Assembly: GCA_022843885.1 (NCBI GenBank)
Contig: JALHMU010000003.1
Coordinates: forward strand, 1-44,109
Reading direction: 5' to 3'
Length of the DNA stretch: 44,109 nucleotides
DNA from: Candidatus Peribacteraceae bacterium
GTDB taxonomy: Bacteria > Patescibacteriota > Gracilibacteria > Peribacterales > Peribacteraceae
The position numbers and the translations under genes were made by a program. The notes beneath the pieces are model-generated. The model did no database searches. It had not been told where the DNA came from and was given only the letters and a program-made list of their open reading frames with translations. Positions 37,128 through 44,109 of the stretch are shown here, piece after piece. How positions within the stretch are numbered: the stretch's first letter is position 1; every line of letters begins with the position of its first letter.

Positions 37128-37979
37128 ATGAAGTGGCAACCTGCCTTCGTTCACCCGGTTTCGCATGTCCCGCTTACGCGCGAGGCGGACAGCTTTAAAG
37201 ATGCACAAACTGGCGACGTATTTCCGGTCAAAAACGGTATTCCGATCTTTGTGCCGGAATCATTGCAGGAACATATGGATGGCGAACGCAAAGGACTTGA
37301 GAACACGTTGAAGACATTGCTGCGCAAGTCACCGCTGCTCTATCGTTTCTTAATCTTCATGATCAGTCCGGTATGTTTCACGGGACTATCAGCCAAGAGA
37401 TTTTTGAAACGTCTTGGTCCAGATACGACTGGTCTGAACGTGGGATCCGGTGTGCATAAATTCGGACCGAACATTTTGAACATCGATATTTTCTACTATG
37501 AAGGTGTCGACGTTGTCGCAAACGGTGAACAACTCCCCTTTGCTGATAACTCCGTCGATGCTGTCGTGTGTGAATCGCTCTTGGAACATGTACCAAAGCC
37601 GAAAGTCATCGTCGATGAAATGTTCCGCGTCTTGAAGAAAGGCGGACAGATGTACATCGTCATTCCATTCGTCTATCCGTTCCATGCGTGTCCGAACGAT
37701 TTCTATCGCTGGTCCAAAACGGGTCTGAACGAGATGCTAAAAGAAGGTGAGATCGTGAAAATCGGCGTCCGTGCCGGTGCCAGTTCCGCCTTGATGGGTC
37801 AGCTGACGACGTGGACGGCTATCATCCTCTCTTTTGGTCTCACGCCGCTCTATAACTTCTTTTCGATCGTTCTGCCACTCGTGTTCTTCCCGGTAAAATT
37901 CCTGGATCTGCTGTTTGGCTGGTATCCGACAGCTATCCATGGCGCCGGGCAATTTTACGCGGTCGTCAAAAAGCAGTGA
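37128..37979 (+). CDS. Class I SAM-dependent methyltransferase with Trm112-like N-terminus
   Basis: HPVSHVPL...FPVKNGIP (Trm112-like); LNVGSG, LPFADNSVD, LLEHV, RVLKKGG, PNDFYRW. Confidence 0.88.
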   Translation: MKWQPAFVHPVSHVPLTREADSFKDAQTGDVFPVKNGIPIFVPESLQEHMDGERKGLENTLKTLLRKSPLLYRFLIFMISPVCFTGLSAKRFLKRLGPDTTGLNVGSGVHKFGPNILNIDIFYYEGVDVVANGEQLPFADNSVDAVVCESLLEHVPKPKVIVDEMFRVLKKGGQMYIVIPFVYPFHACPNDFYRWSKTGLNEMLKEGEIVKIGVRAGASSALMGQLTTWTAIILSFGLTPLYNFFSIVLPLVFFPVKFLDLLFGWYPTAIHGAGQFYAVVKKQ

Positions 37980-38002
37980 TACCATAGGGGCATCGCATTC
38001 AG

Positions 38003-39007
38003 ATGACTTCCCACTCCTCCACTCACGGCAATTCCGAGGCTCATCGTATTTCCATCGTGATACCGGTGTATCAGGGTGAAACGACGTTGCCGGCATTGAT
38101 GAAAGAAATTGAACCGTTCACAAAAAATACCGTCTCTGGAAAACATGCGTTCATCGTGACGGAGGTTGTGCTTGTACATGACAATGGTCCCGATCGTTCA
38201 GATGTGACGATGCAAACATTGAGCGAACAGTATTCTTTCGTGCGTCCTGTGTGGCTGTCCCGAAATTTTGGACAGCATCCAGCAACACTCGCAGGTATGT
38301 CGTCTACAAGTGGTGACTGGGTCATTACAATGGACGAAGACGGACAGCAGGATCCAGCGGATATTGCAGAGATGCTCAAAACCGCGCTCGAGGAAGATGT
38401 ACAAATCGTCTACGGCTCACCAAAAAATCCTCCGCCACACGGATTCCTTCGCAATACATTGAGCAACTTTGCGAAATGGATCTCTGCACATCTGCTTGGG
38501 AACGGCACAATCGGTCGCTTCAATAGTTTCCGATTGGTCGACGGTGAAATCGCACGCAGCCTTGCGGCGTACTGTGGCCACAGCGTGTTCTTGGACGTCG
38601 CGTTGTTCTGGGTCGGATCACGTGCAGCGTACTGTCCTGTCACATTGCGTGAGGAAATGGGCAGACCATCGGGATATTCATTCAAACGCCTGATGCGTCA
38701 CTTCTGGCAGTTGATCCTAACATCTGGAACAAAGCCACTACGACTCATCACCTTCATGGGTATCGCATCCATCTTCCTCGGACTCGCACTCACTGCCTAC
38801 GCCCTCTACGTGAAATTCGGATTGAAGATTCCGGTGCAAGGCTGGGCCTCGATCGTGATCGTCGTGTCGTTCTTCTCGGGTTGTATTTTGTTCTCGCTCG
38901 GCATCATCGCGGAATATCTTGCTGTCGCATTGACGATCGTGATGGGCAAGCCGCTCTACTTGGTCGTCTCGAAGCCATCCAAGCGCCGAGATTCTACGAA
39001 CGCATGA
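38003..39007 (+). CDS. GT2, ArnC/GtrB-like undecaprenyl-phosphate glycosyltransferase
   Basis: VIPVYQGE, LSRNFGQHPA, TMDEDGQQDP; two C-terminal TM helices, LGIIAEYL. Confidence 0.92.
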   Translation: MTSHSSTHGNSEAHRISIVIPVYQGETTLPALMKEIEPFTKNTVSGKHAFIVTEVVLVHDNGPDRSDVTMQTLSEQYSFVRPVWLSRNFGQHPATLAGMSSTSGDWVITMDEDGQQDPADIAEMLKTALEEDVQIVYGSPKNPPPHGFLRNTLSNFAKWISAHLLGNGTIGRFNSFRLVDGEIARSLAAYCGHSVFLDVALFWVGSRAAYCPVTLREEMGRPSGYSFKRLMRHFWQLILTSGTKPLRLITFMGIASIFLGLALTAYALYVKFGLKIPVQGWASIVIVVSFFSGCILFSLGIIAEYLAVALTIVMGKPLYLVVSKPSKRRDSTNA

Positions 39008-39942
39008 CACACGCACTGGTGCTTGGACGGGGGCTCATCGGATCAGCACTGGAGAATGCACTCGCAGAGGTCGATGTGAAGGTTCATGCCGACTACCCTG
39101 CTCTTTCCTGGAACAATCCGGGAGTTCTCGAAGCAGAATTCGTAAAACTCTTCGAAGCATTCGCAAAGAAACTGACATCTGATGATACCTGGATGATTGC
39201 TTGGACTGCAGGAAAAGCTGTCATGAGCAGTCCGCAGGAAGTACTCGATACTGATAATCAGCTACTCTCTGTTTTTTTGAAAACACTCGAGCAATCTGCG
39301 CTGACGCAACCAGGCATTCTATTCTTAGCGAGTTCCGCCGGTGCCATTTACGCAGATGAAAAGGATCTCTGCACCGAAGAATCGTCGGCACATCCGTCGT
39401 CGTTGTACGGTCAAAATAAAATCAAGCAGGAAGAGTTGTTAACCGCATGGGCTGCAGATCAATCACACATCCGATTGTTGATCGGTCGCATTGCAACGGT
39501 GTTTGGTCCCAATCAAAACGAAAGAAAATCCCAAGGACTCATCTCACATATCTCACGTTCCATCATTCACCGTGCGCCGATCAATATTTTCGTCCCGCTC
39601 GATACCGTGCGTGATTATGTCTACAGCGATGATTGTGCCGCACACATCGCGTTGTGCCTAAAGAAAATGATGGAAGAAAAAACGGAAAAGATCGTCATGA
39701 AAATCTTCGCATCGGAACGCGTAACCACGGTCGCGCAAATCATCGGAGTGTTCCGAAGAATCTCCGCACAGCCACCTCAAATCGTTGCGTCAAACCATGT
39801 ATCTGGCGCTCTCTACAGCCATTACACGCGTTTTCGATCATTACGATGGCCGAAGGTGCGTCCAAAGAACGAACACAGTCTCGTCAGTGCAATCGCAACA
39901 GTACACAAAGCGGAATTACTCCGACATCAACGCGCAAACTGA
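39004..39942 (+). CDS. NAD-dependent epimerase/dehydratase
   Basis: Start ATG 39004 (ATGA overlap); LGRGLIGS, LASSAGAIY, YGQNK, RIATVFGP, RDYVY. Confidence 0.85.
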   Translation: MTHALVLGRGLIGSALENALAEVDVKVHADYPALSWNNPGVLEAEFVKLFEAFAKKLTSDDTWMIAWTAGKAVMSSPQEVLDTDNQLLSVFLKTLEQSALTQPGILFLASSAGAIYADEKDLCTEESSAHPSSLYGQNKIKQEELLTAWAADQSHIRLLIGRIATVFGPNQNERKSQGLISHISRSIIHRAPINIFVPLDTVRDYVYSDDCAAHIALCLKKMMEEKTEKIVMKIFASERVTTVAQIIGVFRRISAQPPQIVASNHVSGALYSHYTRFRSLRWPKVRPKNEHSLVSAIATVHKAELLRHQRAN

Positions 39943-41663
39943 ACGATGGAAATTCCATTTTGATTGTAGATCTCTTTTCCATGTGACTTCAGTGTTTGCC
40001 AATTCGCAGTATCGATATCTTTTGCTGTACGAATGATGAAATCGAGTGGATAGAGTGCGAGTTTTTCTTCGGTGGAGAGTTGTAGATACTCTTCGTAAGC
40101 TTCGATTTGCTGATCAATAATGTCATCAGGAATATTCTCGTATCCACCAGCAAATTCACGATAGTAAATGCTATACAAACGACTGCTCACGAACGCGCGC
40201 AAGTCAGTTGGGAAGCGCTCTGTAGCCTCAGCGAGCGACAGATCTTCTAACCACAATTCAAAGAACATTGCGTCCCTGGCTCGCGTGGTTGGTGTGAGGT
40301 ATCCATTCGCATTTCCGGCCATATACGCACTCAACGGCGTATATACCGTAATCAAATCACGTGCATGCGCATTTTCTTTGCTAATGAAAACGACTTGTCC
40401 TTTCGTTCCAATGGAAGACAGTTCCTCGAAGACAGGTGCGTAGATCTGATACGCATCCCATTCTGCTTCACTGGCGTTGTAGGCATGCATCTGTTGCATG
40501 TATCCAAAGCCGATTGTTCCAATACAGAGAATAATTCCGAGGAGCACCTGCACGTTTCGTGTTGTAAAGCGGGAGATGCCGAAGAAGATCAGGGTTAGAA
40601 TAAGGAGTGCTGCGAGCGGCTGAATGAAATACCAATGATAATGCTGAAAGACGATCGCAGTGCCGGTAATCAGTTGTTGATTCAGTGCAATCAAGCCTGC
40701 AATCGCAAGTGCTGGCACAAGCGGCCATGTGGCCGGAAGCATTTTCCTTGTCGGAAGAGACGCAACAATGAAAGCCACTGCATACGCACCGAAGACTGCG
40801 AAGCGTTTATGAATGAGACCTTGTCGCGCGGCTGTTTCCGCATACAACGGATGATGGGCCAATTCCCACATATTGATGAGATAGGGAATACCCAACAAAA
40901 AGAACCACGCAAAAATGATGCCAATATCGGAGATGCGCATCCATTCCCTTTTCCAGAAATACCAAAGAAACAACAATCCGAGGGTCGCTGCCAAATAGGA
41001 CCATGCATACACATACGAATAGAGCATCACAGCCATACAGATGCCGATCAAACTTGCTTTCCAGGTTGCACGCTGCTTGATCCAAGAAGCCAAGATCCAC
41101 AGCGCCAAGAAGAACCATGTCGCACTCCACTGCGGATTGATGGGGCGGGCGAAGCGAAGGAAATCACTTGAGAAAATGCCTGTTTCAAGAAATTTCAGAA
41201 TGTCCCACGGCGCATTCAATGCAGCATTCGCAAACAACAACGTACATACCGCGACAATGCTCAGCCACGGCTTCTTTGTGATGGACGTCCATGCTCCAAT
41301 CATGACAATCGTGAGCAGCACTCCAAAGAAAAACTTGGAAACCGTGAAGGATGTAAGCGCATTCAAACCAAACAAGCGTCCAATCCAATAGATCGTTGCT
41401 TCGGGAACTGCTGGCTGCAGATAGGGCTGATCTTTTGGCTCACTGTAGTACTGATTCGCAACAGGCCAGTCACCTTGTTCGACCGAAACCACTCTCCCGC
41501 CATAATAAAATTCTTGATCGGTGCCCATTATCACGATGCCATCGAATGAATCGTCGAATCTCTGAAGAATATTCGGCAGTACACATGCTGCCCCAAAGAA
41601 TGTGGCGATCAGAAGTGCCACGATCCATTGTGTGCGCGGGAAAGAAAAATCTGCTTTACGCAT
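39927..41663 (-). CDS. Large polytopic membrane protein, possible GT-C/oligosaccharyltransferase-like
   Basis: Start ATG 41663 overlapping the upstream GT2 stop; TDQEFYY in the first loop, many TM helices, soluble C-terminal domain. Confidence 0.65.
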   Translation of the reverse strand: MRKADFSFPRTQWIVALLIATFFGAACVLPNILQRFDDSFDGIVIMGTDQEFYYGGRVVSVEQGDWPVANQYYSEPKDQPYLQPAVPEATIYWIGRLFGLNALTSFTVSKFFFGVLLTIVMIGAWTSITKKPWLSIVAVCTLLFANAALNAPWDILKFLETGIFSSDFLRFARPINPQWSATWFFLALWILASWIKQRATWKASLIGICMAVMLYSYVYAWSYLAATLGLLFLWYFWKREWMRISDIGIIFAWFFLLGIPYLINMWELAHHPLYAETAARQGLIHKRFAVFGAYAVAFIVASLPTRKMLPATWPLVPALAIAGLIALNQQLITGTAIVFQHYHWYFIQPLAALLILTLIFFGISRFTTRNVQVLLGIILCIGTIGFGYMQQMHAYNASEAEWDAYQIYAPVFEELSSIGTKGQVVFISKENAHARDLITVYTPLSAYMAGNANGYLTPTTRARDAMFFELWLEDLSLAEATERFPTDLRAFVSSRLYSIYYREFAGGYENIPDDIIDQQIEAYEEYLQLSTEEKLALYPLDFIIRTAKDIDTANWQTLKSHGKEIYNQNGISIVQFAR

Positions 41664-42507
41664 GTGAGGATTTTCTGCTGCTGTAGGCCTGAAATCCCAT
41701 GCCGAACAAAACCCATGCAGCAAAGAATGAAGCAGCAGAGAGAGCAATCATGGCCGACATCCAGATCCAGAAGGAAAGTGTAAAGAGGAGGAGCGACGTG
41801 AAAAACGCGATGCCACTCAAAAGTAGATAGAGCTTGAGTGGATTGTACGTCGCCATTGCCTCGGTGATGTACTGCAATGTCATCAGTGAATCGCGGATGA
41901 TGCGCACCTTCGAACGCCCAACACGTTTGTGATACGCAATGGGAAGATACGTGACAAATTTTCCTGTGAGCATGTAGACGAGTGTGATCGTTGTGGTGAA
42001 ACTGAAGCCTTCGCAGAGGTCTGGGAAAAATTGCAACGCCGTACTCTTCTTAAACACGCGAAGTCCCGAATTGATGTCAGGAATACGCTTCCCGGTTGTG
42101 AATTCCACAAGAAACTTCAGCACAATACGTGCTGGCATCTTCAGAAATGAGCCACGATACGCTTTGCCACTGCGTGCTCCGACAACCATGTCGAATCCTT
42201 CATCCATTTTATCGAGAAGATCCTGAATGCGATCGATCGGATAGCTGCCATCAGCATCAGAAATAACAATCGTATCGTGTGTTGCCGCAAGAATGCCGTC
42301 TTTCAAAGATCGACCGTAGCCTGCATTCGTTGGATGCGTGACGACCGTAGCACCCTTCCCTTCTGCAACAGCAGCAGTGTTATCAGTCGATGCATCGTTG
42401 ACAACGATGATCTCAGCATGTGGCATTGCCTCACGTAATGCATCAAGCACATGCGCGATACCTTTTTCTTCGTTGTATGCCGGGATGATGATCGAACAGT
42501 GTTTCAT
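41656..42507 (-). CDS. GT2, polyprenol-phosphate glycosyltransferase-like
   Basis: IIPAYNEE, VNDASTD, NAGYG, SDADGSY, VVGAR, PDINSGLR; two C-terminal TMs. Confidence 0.92.
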   Translation of the reverse strand: MKHCSIIIPAYNEEKGIAHVLDALREAMPHAEIIVVNDASTDNTAAVAEGKGATVVTHPTNAGYGRSLKDGILAATHDTIVISDADGSYPIDRIQDLLDKMDEGFDMVVGARSGKAYRGSFLKMPARIVLKFLVEFTTGKRIPDINSGLRVFKKSTALQFFPDLCEGFSFTTTITLVYMLTGKFVTYLPIAYHKRVGRSKVRIIRDSLMTLQYITEAMATYNPLKLYLLLSGIAFFTSLLLFTLSFWIWMSAMIALSAASFFAAWVLFGMGFQAYSSRKSSHA

Positions 42508-43727
42508 CGCTTGAAGAGCCGTGCAAAACCGACGGCTGAGCAAAGAGCATAGCAGAAAAGCACCGGCATGAGGTATCGAGGCGTCGCATCAGTCAGGGTA
42601 AACAATGCGGTCGTATACAGCATCAAAAGCAGGAATGGCGCATACTCTCGCTTCCAAATCGTAGTGAGACTGAGAGCACATCCAATGTAGAGAAGAAGCA
42701 TGCCTAACGCTGCCAATGCATTGTAGACAAATGGCCATCCGCCACCGACATACGGAAAGTGCAATTCAGCGATATCCACGATGGAGAACCACACGTAATT
42801 CGGGAAATGGCCGAGAATTTTTGAAATTGATTCCTGCTTGATCTGCTCTTCATTGCCGAGCGGAAGATTGTCCGGCCATTGTGCATGAATCAATGCATTA
42901 AAAGAGCACGCATCCGATCGGCCTGTCCAATCACGTGATACATATTCAGCCCAAAGGCATTTTACCGGCTCCAAACCTGTAACCCGCTCTGCTTGCTCAC
43001 CGCGAACGTAGATCGACCAGACACTGCGGAACGATCCGGCAACGGACCATTGTCCAAACTGTTCATGATTGCGATACGCCCACGCACCTACGAAAAGATA
43101 TGGAACAAGAATGAGGATTGCGACGTGTTGTTTCTTCATCTTCCAGAAATAGGCGAGCGAAAGAAGGCCAATCGGGAAGAAGACAAATGGGTAATATGTG
43201 AGAAGAATGCAGCCAAGTACCAATCCTGAAAAAAGCGCAGAGGAAAGTGATGGAAGACGCTTGTAGTGCAACAAGAGCGTCATGAAAATCAGGAATAAAC
43301 TTAGTGCGAGAGATTCTCGATACACCGAGAACAGGATGCGAAACACGCTCGGTGTCAGGAGCAGGAAAAAGAACGTGATCTGTGCAATTCGATCAGATGA
43401 GACATGTTTCAATTCACGTACGAAGACAAAAACTGCGGTCAGATACAGTACCGCTTGGATGAGAAAGATTGCGGAGCGATTTTCGAGTCCGAATATGAGA
43501 TAGATAATCGCAAGAAAAACGCTGTACCCAGGTTCACGCTCCATCGTGGGAGTTTCTCCATCAAGTGAATACATCCCGTGCTGTACAAGTGACGCTGCCC
43601 CAGCGTTATATTCACCGGCATCATCTTGAAACGTAAATTCAGTGGGCAATGAGGAATACCAAAAAAATACACCGCTAAATACTAGGACAAAGAGTGTGAA
43701 GCCAATGAGAAGTGAAGAACGTTGCAT
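42504..43727 (-). CDS. GT-C glycosyltransferase (ArnT/PMT, GT83/GT39-like)
   Basis: DDAGEY, REPGYSVFLA, RESL, WAYRN, PRYLMP; many TMs; start 43727 (43754 possible). Confidence 0.8.
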   Translation of the reverse strand: MQRSSLLIGFTLFVLVFSGVFFWYSSLPTEFTFQDDAGEYNAGAASLVQHGMYSLDGETPTMEREPGYSVFLAIIYLIFGLENRSAIFLIQAVLYLTAVFVFVRELKHVSSDRIAQITFFFLLLTPSVFRILFSVYRESLALSLFLIFMTLLLHYKRLPSLSSALFSGLVLGCILLTYYPFVFFPIGLLSLAYFWKMKKQHVAILILVPYLFVGAWAYRNHEQFGQWSVAGSFRSVWSIYVRGEQAERVTGLEPVKCLWAEYVSRDWTGRSDACSFNALIHAQWPDNLPLGNEEQIKQESISKILGHFPNYVWFSIVDIAELHFPYVGGGWPFVYNALAALGMLLLYIGCALSLTTIWKREYAPFLLLMLYTTALFTLTDATPRYLMPVLFCYALCSAVGFARLFKR

Positions 43728-43732
43728 AGAAG

Positions 43733-44109
43733 TTATGTGTATTGTCGCATCCATTCATCAAGCCACAAAAGTGCCCAGACGTGGTCGGAATAATCCGTGC
43801 GACTCTTCTCGTACGTGGACAGGAATTGTGCGACACCTTTTTGTTCGAGAAACTGCCACAATGGCGAATCCGATGCACCGAGGCGGTCATGCACAAATGG
43901 CTTCAGATCGCCACGGAACCATGTATCGAGTGGCAAACGGAAACCAGTTTTTGGTCGACGCAATGTTTTCTCTGGAAGAAGATCTTTGAGAAGACGTTTT
44001 AAAAGAATTTTACGTTTGCGACCTTGGACTTTGTATCCGGCGGGAATGGTTGCCGTGAGTTCCAGGAGTTTGTGATCCAAAAATGGTGAACGTGCTTCGA
44101 GGCCATGGG
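43733..44109 (-). CDS. asnB: Asparagine synthase (glutamine-hydrolysing), C-terminal part
   Basis: HGLEARSPFLDHKL, KILLK, RPKTGFRLPLDTWF, VWALLWLDEW; the 5' part lies outside the window. Confidence 0.9.
   Translation of the reverse strand, partial: HGLEARSPFLDHKLLELTATIPAGYKVQGRKRKILLKRLLKDLLPEKTLRRPKTGFRLPLDTWFRGDLKPFVHDRLGASDSPLWQFLEQKGVAQFLSTYEKSRTDYSDHVWALLWLDEWMRQYT

Noticed and set aside
1-44109. CRISPR array, rRNA, transposase, reverse transcriptase or defence system
   Set aside because: No regularly spaced repeats or corresponding protein motifs were seen; intergenic space is minimal.

Overview
A gene-dense 44.1 kb bacterial chromosome segment using genetic code 11 (TGA stops, prfB present). 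Gene content and style suggest a Patescibacteria/CPR genome such as Peribacteria/Peregrinibacteria; this is inference, not verified. The first ~26 kb is mostly housekeeping: ECF sigma plus a FecR/DUF5667-like partner, long-form guaA, wecB, gpmA, WecG-like GT, a Xer-type recombinase, trmD, NIF3-like, typA, infC/rpmI/rplT, PilN/PilO-like, frameshifted prfB, tRNA-Ser(CGA), ahcY and adenosine kinase, with scattered orphan genes. The last ~18 kb is a surface-glycan cluster: nucleotide-sugar dehydrogenases and epimerases, GT2s, GtrA, several GT-C-like membrane proteins, a methyltransferase and asnB. The most notable signal is at 22231-22892, upstream of tRNA-Ser and missed by the ORF track. Two divergent mini-transcription units share a TTGCA-N6-TAGAATC promoter motif, and each has a structured leader, a strong SD, a tiny very basic protein (29 and 54 aa) and its own terminator. 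One also has a Phe-rich coupled uORF. Other highlights are pervasive apparently leaderless genes, an 18-bp bidirectional -10 promoter, and a duplicated promoter module driving two orphan membrane proteins after xer. No CRISPR array, transposase, rRNA or prophage was seen.
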